NCBI GenBank assembly: GCA_007131245.1
Contig: SLQX01000021.1
Span: 1-59,680, forward strand
Source: Bacteroidales bacterium
GTDB lineage: Bacteria; Bacteroidota; Bacteroidia; Bacteroidales; UBA7960
Reading direction: 5' to 3'
DNA: 59,680 bases
In this document: in pieces, positions 40,385 to 49,989 of the stretch
Position numbering within the stretch: the first letter of the stretch is position 1
How the letters are laid out: every line of letters begins with the position of its first letter
Translations under genes and position numbers: made by a program
The notes under the pieces: generated by a model
The model's database searches: none
What the model saw: only the letters and a program-made list of their open reading frames with translations
What the model was told of the DNA's origin: nothing

Positions 40385-42322
40385 TCAGGAAAGAACTTTT
40401 TGAACAATAAAGAGTATCTTGATGGGTGAACCAAACTTATTAAGAATATGCTTGAACCCTCCTTTTACCTTTAATGATGTACCATCGCTTTTCAAAATTT
40501 TAAATTCTCCTGAAACGGCATTTCCGCTGCTCAGATCATCTTTAATATTGACCATCCCCTGGCTTTCAGCGTGATTTTTATCAAACATTTTATAGAAATC
40601 CATTCCTTCGGTTTCCTGCCCCGAATAAAGGGTCAAACGTTCAAGTTCAGGATTGAGCTTTTTGACAATACAGTCAACTGTCAGCTCCATAAAGGGAACC
40701 GTACTGTTTATCGCTTCGAAAAATCCATCACTTTCAATTTCTTTGCGCTCCATTTCTTCCTGGGTGGCATGCATTTCTTCCATATTTTGGCGCATCTCCT
40801 CCTCTTGAGCACGCATTTCCTCACTTTGTTCCTGGGATTGGTGTAAAAGTTCGGTGGTACGAATATTAATTTTAACAGTAGAAATCGTAGAAGCAATTGA
40901 TTCGGCTACTTTCTCCACAAAATCGATATGGTGCTTCTCTAAAACATTAAAGGAAGCTATTTCAATGACGCCGAAAATATGCTCGTTAAGTTTCAGAGGT
41001 ACTATCAAAATACAGCGCGGGTTAGAATCTCCCAGGCCGGAAGTGATATTGATATAGCTATCGGGCACATCAGTAAGAAAAATGGTTTCTCCCTCCTGCA
41101 GGCAGGTTCCTACCAGTCCCTCCCCTTTTAAGATTTTCTTTTTCAAAAACTTCCTTCTTTCATAAGCATAACAAGAAGTAAGTTCCAGATGCTCATCATC
41201 CTTGTCCTCCTGGTTTAAAATAAAAAACCCACCCTGGTTAGCCTCCAGGTAGTTTACCAGGTTTTTGATGATACTGAAAGAAAGATCCTGCAAATCATCA
41301 TTGTTTTGTCGCAGGAGTTCTGCAAACTTTGCAACACCCTGGGTAGCCCAGTTTCGCTTTTCATCCTCAATCTTTCTCTTCTCTTCCTCATCTTTAGCAT
41401 TTTTAAGGCTTTGTCGCATCTCTATGAGGGAGTTGCCCAAGGTATCTTCATCACTAAGGGGCTTAAATTCATGGGCAAAGTTGCCTTGCCCTATCTGCTC
41501 TGCAAACTCAGCCTTTTCTTTTAAGCCATCGATGAGATAATTCAGTGCCTGACTCATGTCACCAATTTCATCACCCCTATTTTCGGTTTTGTGCTCAGGT
41601 AGTATCCCCTGCCCCATTTTATTCAGAACGTTGCGCAAGGAGACAACGGGTTTGGTTATCATCCTGATAAACACGATGGCAATAATAATACCACCTATCA
41701 CAATAACCACACCCAGCAAGAAACTTAGTGTGCCAAACCTGTCCAGGGTAGTTTCCATGTTTCTTTGGCCTTCTTCAACAATATTCTGCTGTGTTTCAAG
41801 AAGGTTATCGAGCTTTTCAACCAACTGGGCGGTGTTTCTTACAATAGCACCTCCCTGCTCCATCATAGGCCGGATTTCGAAAATCACCATAGGATCATCA
41901 TAGCTGGCAAAATCAGTCAGTTCACCCATTACAAAAGAATAGGTTTCAAAAAGATCATCCGTATGATCAAAAATATCTCGTAGAGAGTCTCTTTCTGCCT
42001 CATTCCAGTTTTGCGAAATGGACAGAAGCTCTTCCCTGATTTCAGGAAAATCCTCACTAATCAGCTCCCTTAGCCGGTTTTTATCGGGGGTATCATCAAT
42101 GCTTTGGATAAATATCCAGGTACCAATCAATTTTTCCGACTCAATCACCTGGTTTTTAAATTCCATAAGCAGGTTCATGGACGGAGCATAAATTTCACTA
42201 TTTCTGTAATTTACATTTTGTACACTGTTGAGTGTAGCATAAATAACCGAAATGCTTATAATAAAGAACAGCAGCAGGATGGTAAATCCAATACTGAGTT
42301 TTTTCCCTATGGTTAACTTCAT
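40385..42322 (-). CDS. Membrane sensor paralog: TM, helical (4HB-like) periplasmic domain, TM, HAMP, GAF, EEM coiled coil, PAS-like. No output domain.
   Basis: 645 aa. From HAMP onward I estimate by eye ~65% identity to the 37865-40198 product. The N-terminal sensor is unrelated. Confidence 0.85.
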   Translation of the reverse strand: MKLTIGKKLSIGFTILLLFFIISISVIYATLNSVQNVNYRNSEIYAPSMNLLMEFKNQVIESEKLIGTWIFIQSIDDTPDKNRLRELISEDFPEIREELLSISQNWNEAERDSLRDIFDHTDDLFETYSFVMGELTDFASYDDPMVIFEIRPMMEQGGAIVRNTAQLVEKLDNLLETQQNIVEEGQRNMETTLDRFGTLSFLLGVVIVIGGIIIAIVFIRMITKPVVSLRNVLNKMGQGILPEHKTENRGDEIGDMSQALNYLIDGLKEKAEFAEQIGQGNFAHEFKPLSDEDTLGNSLIEMRQSLKNAKDEEEKRKIEDEKRNWATQGVAKFAELLRQNNDDLQDLSFSIIKNLVNYLEANQGGFFILNQEDKDDEHLELTSCYAYERRKFLKKKILKGEGLVGTCLQEGETIFLTDVPDSYINITSGLGDSNPRCILIVPLKLNEHIFGVIEIASFNVLEKHHIDFVEKVAESIASTISTVKINIRTTELLHQSQEQSEEMRAQEEEMRQNMEEMHATQEEMERKEIESDGFFEAINSTVPFMELTVDCIVKKLNPELERLTLYSGQETEGMDFYKMFDKNHAESQGMVNIKDDLSSGNAVSGEFKILKSDGTSLKVKGGFKHILNKFGSPIKILFIVQKVLS

Positions 42323-42436
42323 CTACAAGTATTTTATAATATCATATACGTATTCCTGTTAATTGGAAATAAAATTACAAAAATAGTTCTTACTTTGGGA
42401 AAAAGTTTAAGAAAATCACTTAAAAAAGGGGTTTTC

Positions 42437-42961
42437 TTAATCGGCTGATATGGCAAGTCGTGAAATTTCCCCCCCCGGGTTAAGCCCCATGGCCTGGGCA
42501 TTGCTTTGGCTTAGTTCAAATCTTTGCCGGTTGGCCTCTACCGTAAAATTTATTACAGCACCATCGCGAATACCATTGCGTGTATCGGTTACTACCAGTG
42601 CGTTGATGTTTTGAGCTTTCAATGCAGCAACAATATCACTGACATTGCGTGAATACCTGGAATCGATATACAAAATGTGGCATTTTGAAATCTCATCCAC
42701 TGAGCCAAAGTTTTTTGCAACAATATTTTGACTTCCGGCTCTTTTGGTATTGGCCATATCCTGCACTTCATCATTCATAGGAGAGTTGCCATATACCGCT
42801 ACGATAAAGTCACCAGACTGGTAATCAGCAGGCCATGCAATCAGTCTTGTGAAATTATACAAAAACACTGACTGAACGCGGGAATCTGACTGAGATTGCG
42901 CAGGCGCCATAAATATAAGCAACAGCAAAAAGGACAAAACAAACAAGCTAATCTTTTTCAT
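42437..42961 (-). CDS. YfiR family (DUF4154) periplasmic protein
   Basis: 174 aa. A signal peptide is followed by VQSVFLYNFTRLIAWPADY, the hallmark YfiR/DUF4154 N-terminal motif. Confidence 0.8.
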   Translation of the reverse strand: MKKISLFVLSFLLLLIFMAPAQSQSDSRVQSVFLYNFTRLIAWPADYQSGDFIVAVYGNSPMNDEVQDMANTKRAGSQNIVAKNFGSVDEISKCHILYIDSRYSRNVSDIVAALKAQNINALVVTDTRNGIRDGAVINFTVEANRQRFELSQSNAQAMGLNPGGEISRLAISAD

Positions 42962-43130
42962 AATCTGAGTTTTAAAAATGTTTCAATATAAGTTTCTTCT
43001 TTTTTTGTGTCTTGGATGATTTACAGGTAACACTTACCTAATAATGTCTCAAAAATTCTTACTTAGCTACATAAATTAATTACACTCCAAAAGTAGATGA
43101 AACAGTTAATATAGAACACAGATAAAACAC

Positions 43131-43784
43131 CTAATTCTTTCCGGTAGATTTCCACAGTATAAGCAGTTCATTTAGCATCATGGCTGTAGCTCCCCAAATA
43201 ATATGCCCCTGATATTTAAAACAGGGGGTATAAATCTGTCGGTTGCCTGCAGCAAGGATTTCCACGTTTTCTATCGAGGTGGGGCTCACAAAAAAACCAA
43301 AAGGAATTTCCAGAATTTGGGCTACTTCGAGGGGGTCGGGCCGAAAAACCGGAATAGCCTCATAAAACCCAACAAAAGGACTTACAAGATAATTGCTGGG
43401 TGGAATATACAGTTCAGACAGGTTGCCTGCCAAACGAACCCGCTCAGGTAAAATTCCTGTTTCTTCACGGGCTTCCCGCAATGCAGTGTGATAAAAACTT
43501 TTATCGGTTTGCTCCCATCGCCCACCGGGAAAGGCTATCTGCCCACTATGAACCCCATTATACTCAGGACGTTTTATAAAAACAATATAAGGCTCTCCCG
43601 ATTTCTCATAAAAAAGTATCAAAACACTGCTGCGAACGGCATTTGCTTTTCGGGCAGGATCACCAATCTCCTCACGACGATTGGGTGGCGCCATCAATAG
43701 CTGTGATTCCAAGCCGGGCAAATCTCTTTGAAAACAACCTATGACCTGTTGCTGAAATTCATAAAATTTATTGGATACGGGCAT
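43131..43784 (-). CDS. NUDIX hydrolase, CoA pyrophosphatase-like
   Basis: Nudix box GQIAFPGGRWEQTDKSFYHTALREAREETG, preceded by a SSVLILF-type NudL upstream motif. Confidence 0.8.
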   Translation of the reverse strand: MPVSNKFYEFQQQVIGCFQRDLPGLESQLLMAPPNRREEIGDPARKANAVRSSVLILFYEKSGEPYIVFIKRPEYNGVHSGQIAFPGGRWEQTDKSFYHTALREAREETGILPERVRLAGNLSELYIPPSNYLVSPFVGFYEAIPVFRPDPLEVAQILEIPFGFFVSPTSIENVEILAAGNRQIYTPCFKYQGHIIWGATAMMLNELLILWKSTGKN

Positions 43785-44158
43785 AAATATTTTTTGTATA
43801 TTTAAAATTATTTTTCATCAGCAAAAAACCAACAGTAAGCAATACTACTTGATAAATACTCCTGTTTTGCAATGAAAATTTTTACAAAGCTAAAAAACAT
43901 GTGTTTCTGAAAGGATCTTTCAGAGCTTATGAAAACGAAAAAAGTTGTTTAAAATCGTTGAATGACTTACTTTAAAGTTCTTACATTTAGTAACAGGGTC
44001 TGTTTAAAAAGATTTGAAGACCTGATAAATACTTTTTTATTTCCATCGCGTAGTAATTATAAAGTTAACCCTTTTCCAGCTATACACTTTCACAAAACCA
44101 GTTTTAGATCGAAGGCAAACCGTTTTACCTTCAAGATATAAACCCAAAAATTGTTCAG

Positions 44159-45307
44159 ATGAAGAATTATCTCTCTTTAGGCATCATACTTTTGATTTTA
44201 GCCATAAGCAAATGGACTGCTGCTCAAAGCCATGAAGCTGTTGACAGCATTATGGAAGTTAGACAGGATATGCAAAGACAGTATGAAGAACTTATTTCAT
44301 CCACACGTGAGTCTCCACAAACAGACCAACTAGTGTTCGATTTGCAAAACCGAATTATCGCAACAGACAATATTTTGCTACAGGAACACCTGGGAGTTGT
44401 TCTCAATGATTTTGATTCCATATCGGATGTCAACCTTGAAAAGACTCAGCTTTACGAAGAACTTGAAAGGGAAAACAGTTTACTGAAAAGACAACAGGAA
44501 GAGCTTAGCACCATCAGTACCATTGTTACTATCAGCCTGGGTGTTTTGATTATTGTTTTAATTGTTGTAATCATTGTTTTTGTGAAACGCATAAAAAAGC
44601 TGAAAAAAATAACCCAATCAACGATTCTTCCCCGGGATGAAAAACAACATTACGAAAAAAAGATAAAAGAACTGGAAGAAAAGCTGGCAAAAAAACCATC
44701 TGCAGCTGCCAATGACACCAGTGAAATCAAAGAATTAAGAAAGACCATTGAAGAATATGAAAAAAAGGCGGGTGAAAACCACATCAAAATCATTCAGCTA
44801 AAAAGTGAAAAACAAAAATTGGAAGAGCAACTCCGAAACCGGGAGGCCGAACAACTGCCCAAGAATCAAACAGACAAAACCCACGTAACAAATAACAGAA
44901 CAGACAGTGAATTGCTCATTTTAGAACACCAGCTGAGTGAAGCCAGGGCAAACCTGGAAGATTTGACAGAAAAAAACAAAATGATTGCTGAGGAGCTTAC
45001 CAAGTTAATTGAACAGGAGAAAAATGCCCAAAACGAAAACCAAAAGCTTCAGAATGAAACCGAGGAGTTAAAAAAGCAAAAACAAGACTTGATACAGCAA
45101 TTAGAAAATGCCCCAGTCTCCAACCAGGAAAAGCCCCAGAGTATTAAAGCTATCCAGGAACATGAAATGGAAACAAACAAGCTTAAGAAAAAAATAGATA
45201 TTTACGAGCAAAGGTTGCGACAGGAAGAGAAATTGCGAATCAGATTTGAAAAAGAAGTTTACCAGATTATTGATGATTTTAAAGAACAAATCCGGAACAT
45301 GCAATGA
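44159..45307 (+). CDS. Single-pass membrane protein with a long K/E/Q-rich cytoplasmic coiled coil
   Basis: 382 aa. Signal peptide (AAQS), TM ISTIVTISLGVLIIVLIVVIIVFV, then ~230 aa of heptad-rich sequence. Confidence 0.65.
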   Translation: MKNYLSLGIILLILAISKWTAAQSHEAVDSIMEVRQDMQRQYEELISSTRESPQTDQLVFDLQNRIIATDNILLQEHLGVVLNDFDSISDVNLEKTQLYEELERENSLLKRQQEELSTISTIVTISLGVLIIVLIVVIIVFVKRIKKLKKITQSTILPRDEKQHYEKKIKELEEKLAKKPSAAANDTSEIKELRKTIEEYEKKAGENHIKIIQLKSEKQKLEEQLRNREAEQLPKNQTDKTHVTNNRTDSELLILEHQLSEARANLEDLTEKNKMIAEELTKLIEQEKNAQNENQKLQNETEELKKQKQDLIQQLENAPVSNQEKPQSIKAIQEHEMETNKLKKKIDIYEQRLRQEEKLRIRFEKEVYQIIDDFKEQIRNMQ

Positions 45308-45361
45308 AATAAGCGTGGCAGGCAATACAAAGCCAGTATAAAACCTTGTTAAGCTTTAGCT

Positions 45362-45405
45362 AAAAAAGGAAAGGGGTATCCATCAAGAATGAATACCCCT
45401 TTTTA
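45362..45405. terminator. Bidirectional intrinsic terminator between convergent genes
   Basis: AAGGGGTAT-N13-ATACCCCTT is flanked by A6 upstream and T4 downstream. Confidence 0.75.
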
Positions 45406-45439
45406 TGTTCATTAAAACTGCAAATCATTTTTGCAACCA

Positions 45440-46006
45440 TTATTCTACATCAGCTACCTCTATAGTTTGATCCTCTTCACCATCCGTGTCTTCTTGCTGA
45501 CTAGTTTCACTTTCCATAGTTTCTAAAATCTCAAAACTCTGCATTTCCACATAAGCAATGACGTCTGGAGTCACTCCCCGTTCTTCCAGTCTTTTAACAG
45601 CTTCTTGAGTAGATGCGCAGTCATGTCCTTCTTCTCCTTCATGTTCATGGTCTTGATGGTCCTCAATTTCTTCCATATTGCGAACCTGGGTTTTGAGTAA
45701 ACCATCAACTTTTACCTGCCGCCCTTCAAAATCGGGGTTGATTTGTGTTTGGAACTCATTGAGCATGACCATGATGCTGAAATCTGCATCATCCAGTTGG
45801 TTGACACGCATTTTATCGCCGCTGTGACGGCAAATATGGGTGATAGTTCCTTCAAAACTGACCTCTTGCTCATCAAAGCCCAGGGGTTCAGACACCAGTT
45901 CGGAGATTTGGTTCATTTGGGTTACATCACTACTCTGTTCTGATACCTGGCCGCAGGAAAGAACTATCATTCCAACTACGGCAAACAATGCAATTCTTTT
46001 TAGCAT
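45440..46006 (-). CDS. Lipoprotein of unknown function with a His/Asp/Glu-rich segment
   Basis: 188 aa with lipobox VLSC, motifs HICRHSGDKM and EDHQDHEHEGEEGHDC, and an acidic C-terminus. Confidence 0.6.
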   Translation of the reverse strand: MLKRIALFAVVGMIVLSCGQVSEQSSDVTQMNQISELVSEPLGFDEQEVSFEGTITHICRHSGDKMRVNQLDDADFSIMVMLNEFQTQINPDFEGRQVKVDGLLKTQVRNMEEIEDHQDHEHEGEEGHDCASTQEAVKRLEERGVTPDVIAYVEMQSFEILETMESETSQQEDTDGEEDQTIEVADVE

Positions 46007-46227
46007 GATTAATGGAGTTTAATAATGGTTTGATAATTTTGATTGGTTTTCTTTTTGGCAACTGCTAATATTGAAATACAGATACTTGCCTCCTAAATAT
46101 ATATTTGCAAAATTACATAAAATTTTTCAGCAACAACATCTATATAAAATCTAAGCCGTAAAAGAGACAACTTTGTGGGCACAACCCTGCTTTTGTTTTA
46201 ATTTGTAGGGTATCCTCAAAAAACTTA

Positions 46228-46611
46228 TCATGCCTCAAAAAACTCCCGTAACCCTTTGATGTAAGTATCTAACCATCCCTGACGAATATTTTCAAAAGAA
46301 TCCTCAGGGATATCTTTCTGCTCAACAAACATCTGGGTATGGTTCTTTTCAGCTTCAAGGTTAATGGTTACCTCCGATCCGGGATGATCTTCACCAAAAA
46401 ACCATAACTGCTTTACCTGTTTACCAGGTATAAAGCTTATGTTTTTACCGGATATGGCTCCTCCCAAAATAGAAAACTCCGTTCCTTCTTTTTCTTCCAT
46501 CACAGCTGGCTCATCGGTCCAAAGTTGAATGGTAAAGGGGTTTGTAATGGCACGATAAACTTCCTCGGGTGACCCTTTTATCTTACGGGTAAGTTTTAGT
46601 GTTTTAGTCAT
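46228..46611 (-). CDS. SRPBCC/AHSA1 (Aha1-like) domain protein
   Basis: 127 aa. LTRKIKGSPEEVYRAITNPFTIQLWT is a typical SRPBCC N-terminus. Its start overlaps the glgB stop (ATGA). Confidence 0.75.
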   Translation of the reverse strand: MTKTLKLTRKIKGSPEEVYRAITNPFTIQLWTDEPAVMEEKEGTEFSILGGAISGKNISFIPGKQVKQLWFFGEDHPGSEVTINLEAEKNHTQMFVEQKDIPEDSFENIRQGWLDTYIKGLREFFEA

Positions 46612-48617
46612 TGGTCTTTTATTTTTTCTAGGACAAATCCTGTCAGTGTGGGAATATAAAGGCTCAGCACGCGATTGTCCTCGGCGTTCATAAATGTTTG
46701 ATGCACCATATTGATGCTTTGCCTGTGCTGTCCACCAAATTCAGCCTTATCAGTGTCCAGTACCAATTTATATTTACATTTGACAGCCGGCATTTCAAAT
46801 GAATAATCCGTATAAGAATGGAACGGGTTAAAATTGAACACAAACAAATAACTACCTCTTTCAAAAACCAGCACTTGGTCACTGATGTTTTGTACACGCG
46901 GATAGTGGAGCGGGAGATTTATAACATTTCTTTCTTTGAAAAACTTTATCATATCCTGATCAAATCGATTCAGGAATTTGTACTTTAAATGTTCACTTTT
47001 TATCAGACTCCACTGTCTTCGGGCATAGTGATACGACCAGTTGTTATGACTTCCGGGGAAGTCGATCCATTCGGGATGTCCAAATTCATTGCCCATAAAG
47101 TTCAAATAACCATTACCGGTGGTTGCCAAAGTAAGCAATCTGATCATTTTATGCAGGGCAATGCCATTATCCACCACAATATTTTGATGATTCACGTGCA
47201 TGCTATCATACATATCCTTGTCTATCAGCCTGAATATAATGGTTTTATCCCCCACCAATGCCTGGTCGTGCGATTCTGCATAATGAATGGTTTTTTCATC
47301 GGGTCGTTTATCAGATAACCGGTGAAACATTTCACCCACATGCCAGTGCTCCAACCTGCTTTCTTTAATGCTTTTTATCCAGAAGTCAGGAATTCCCATT
47401 GCCAGTCGGTAATCAAACCCATACCCCCCTTTGTGCTGCGGGGTTGCCAGCCCAGGCATACCGCTCATTTCTTCGGCTACGGTTATAGCATGCGGTTTTA
47501 CCTGATGTATTAGTTTATTGGCCAATTTGAGATAGACAATGGCATCATCATCCTGATTTCCGTTAAAATATTGGCTGTAGTCAGTAAAAGCGCTCCCCAG
47601 ACCATGATCGTTATACAACATGCTAGTGATACCATCAAACCGATAGCCATCAAACTGAAATTGGTCAAGCCAGTATTTGCAATTAGAAAGTAAAAAATGT
47701 AATACCTGGTTTTTCCCATAATCAAAACAACGACTGTCCCATGCAGGGTGATCACCCCGTGACCCATGGTGAAAAAACTGGTACAAGGTTCCGTCATACC
47801 GGCTAATCCCTTCCACTTCATTTTTCACCGCATGCGAATGCACAATGTCCATAATTACAAAAAGACCCATTCCGTGTGCGTCATCAATTAAGGCCCTGAG
47901 CTCATCGGGAGTACCAAAGCGTGAAGAGGGGGCAAAAAAGCTGCTTACATGATAACCAAAAGATCCATAAAAAGGATGCTCCTGTATGGCCATCAGCTGG
48001 ATGGTATTATATCCTGATTCTTTGATCCCAGGAAGTACATTCCTACGGAACTCTTCATAGGTTCCCACCTTGTATTCTTCAGTGGCCATCCCCACATGAG
48101 CCTCATAAACCAATGGTGTAAAATTTTCGGCCCTGACAGGGGGCTCGTTTTTCCACAAATAGGGTTGTGGGGGATCCCAAACCTGTGCCGAAAACAATTT
48201 TGTGTGGGAATCCTGCACTACACGTTGAGCCCAGGCAGGTATCCGGTCACCACTGCCACCTTTCCAACAAACGTGCAGCTTATAAAGATCGCCATGCTTG
48301 AGATTATCCTGTGGTAAAGTAAGACTCCATTGCCCGTTATCATTTCGTTGAAAAGCAAACTCTTCACTGGGTTGCCAGTTGCAAAACTCCCCAAGCAAAT
48401 AAATCTGCGTGGCATTGGGTGCCCACTCGCGCATTACCCAGGATTTTCCCCGTTTATGCAACCCAAAATGGAGATAGCCAACAGCAAAATTATCCAGGGA
48501 TTTAAAATTCCCCAGTAATTCTGCCTCTTTGTTGGTGAATCGTTGTATTCTTCCCGTTATTGCTTTGGCAAAAGGTTGTAACTGGGGGTCTTTTTCTAAA
48601 TAATCAGGATAATTCAT
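46608..48617 (-). CDS. glgB: 1,4-alpha-glucan branching enzyme (GH13, eukaryote-like ~670-aa form)
   Basis: 669 aa with DVVHSH, GYRFDGITSM and AEEMSG, YAESHDQ conserved regions I-IV. Confidence 0.93.
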   Translation of the reverse strand: MNYPDYLEKDPQLQPFAKAITGRIQRFTNKEAELLGNFKSLDNFAVGYLHFGLHKRGKSWVMREWAPNATQIYLLGEFCNWQPSEEFAFQRNDNGQWSLTLPQDNLKHGDLYKLHVCWKGGSGDRIPAWAQRVVQDSHTKLFSAQVWDPPQPYLWKNEPPVRAENFTPLVYEAHVGMATEEYKVGTYEEFRRNVLPGIKESGYNTIQLMAIQEHPFYGSFGYHVSSFFAPSSRFGTPDELRALIDDAHGMGLFVIMDIVHSHAVKNEVEGISRYDGTLYQFFHHGSRGDHPAWDSRCFDYGKNQVLHFLLSNCKYWLDQFQFDGYRFDGITSMLYNDHGLGSAFTDYSQYFNGNQDDDAIVYLKLANKLIHQVKPHAITVAEEMSGMPGLATPQHKGGYGFDYRLAMGIPDFWIKSIKESRLEHWHVGEMFHRLSDKRPDEKTIHYAESHDQALVGDKTIIFRLIDKDMYDSMHVNHQNIVVDNGIALHKMIRLLTLATTGNGYLNFMGNEFGHPEWIDFPGSHNNWSYHYARRQWSLIKSEHLKYKFLNRFDQDMIKFFKERNVINLPLHYPRVQNISDQVLVFERGSYLFVFNFNPFHSYTDYSFEMPAVKCKYKLVLDTDKAEFGGQHRQSINMVHQTFMNAEDNRVLSLYIPTLTGFVLEKIKDQ

Positions 48618-48742
48618 GGGCGAGCATTGATATATTATTAGATCAAAAGTATATATTTTTATTGTAAAGGTGTAGAAAAATTATTGTGGATTACTTTACT
48701 ATCTCAAGTTAACATACCAGCCAAAACTTCCATCTCCTTCTA

Positions 48743-49135
48743 TTAACGAATACGGGATGAGAAATAATTCACTTTTACAGACATTATAAACGCGAGCAAA
48801 GCCAACCCCACTGTTAGATACTCTACCAGTTCAGCAGGTGGCAGATAACCCGTCAACCTTAAAACAAGATATGAGATATAAGAATGTGGCAATTGATACT
48901 CCCCTAGTTCTCGTAGTATATCCCAGTGCCAGTCAGTTAAAGGGCAATACCCCCAGCCGTACCAGATGCCCAAAATAAACCATGAAGCAAGTGTGAGTGA
49001 AATCACCACAAGGTGGAGCCTCCTTAAAGATTTGAACACCCAACCTAAAAGGTTAAAAACAACCAGGACAAGGTGAAAAACAAAGAAAAAAATATCGGCA
49101 AGCTGCCACCAAAAAATATTATTCAGGAGAGTCAT
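48743..49135 (-). CDS. DUF2784 family membrane protein
   Basis: 130 aa with 3-4 TM helices and a GYCPLTDWHWDILRELG motif. Confidence 0.7.
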   Translation of the reverse strand: MTLLNNIFWWQLADIFFFVFHLVLVVFNLLGWVFKSLRRLHLVVISLTLASWFILGIWYGWGYCPLTDWHWDILRELGEYQLPHSYISYLVLRLTGYLPPAELVEYLTVGLALLAFIMSVKVNYFSSRIR

Positions 49136-49377
49136 AATTAGGGAATGTTATGGGTGAATAGAATTAATTGATAATTAATTTCCTCCCAACAGCAAACTCT
49201 TTTAGTAAGCCAAAATGGTCTTTGGGGCTGTGGATGAGAGATTACTAAAACAATCAGTCAACCCTAGCAGGTATAAAGTTCAAAACAAATTTTTTTTTAT
49301 GTTGTTATTCATTGAAAGGATTTTTATTTTTGCCCTTTGCTAAACGGAATCAAACAACTAATTTAACATATAGTACC

Positions 49378-49920
49378 ATGAACATGAAAGAAATAATTAC
49401 CCCCAGGTTTATGATTATTGCAGGCATTATTTTATTTGCTGCAGTTATGCGGCTTGTGCCCCATTATCCCAACTTTACTCCTTTGGCTGCTATTGCTTTA
49501 TTTGGTGGAGCACATTTGGGTAAAAGATGGCTTGCTTTTTTTGTGCCACTGTTTGCTTTATTTATCAGTGACCTGATAATTGGCTTTCATGGATTCATGA
49601 TTCCTGTTTATGTAAGTTTTGCCCTGGTGGTGTTACTCGGAAACATTTTGGGTAAAAACATAAAAGTTCATACTGTTGCCGGTTCTGCGGTTGTTTCTTC
49701 CACCATCTTTTTCCTAATCACCAACTTTGCTGTATGGGCAGGTAGTCCATTTTATCCACAAACACTGGCAGGGTTAATCCAATCCTATACAATGGGGCTT
49801 CCTTTTTACCATGTAAGTATGCTGGGTGACCTGTTTTACAGTGGTGTTTTGTTTGGTGGTTATTACTTTTTGCAACAAAGATACCCCTCACTTGCAACCC
49901 TTAAAGCCCGCTCTTATTAA
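49378..49920 (+). CDS. DUF6580 family putative transporter component
   Basis: RLVPHYPNFTPLAAIALFGGAHL is the family hallmark, in a multi-TM protein. I prefer ATG at 49378. Confidence 0.7.
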   Translation: MNMKEIITPRFMIIAGIILFAAVMRLVPHYPNFTPLAAIALFGGAHLGKRWLAFFVPLFALFISDLIIGFHGFMIPVYVSFALVVLLGNILGKNIKVHTVAGSAVVSSTIFFLITNFAVWAGSPFYPQTLAGLIQSYTMGLPFYHVSMLGDLFYSGVLFGGYYFLQQRYPSLATLKARSY

Positions 49921-49946
49921 ATTTGAAAATTGCTCACATAAAATTT

Positions 49947-49984
49947 ACCCGGCATTCAACACTGATGAATGGCCGGGTTTTTTC
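49947..49984 (+). terminator. Intrinsic terminator between convergent DUF6580 and rtcB genes
   Basis: ACCCGGCATTCA-acactg-TGAATGGCCGGGT (one bulge) followed by T6. Confidence 0.7.
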
Positions 49985-49989
49985 ATGCC

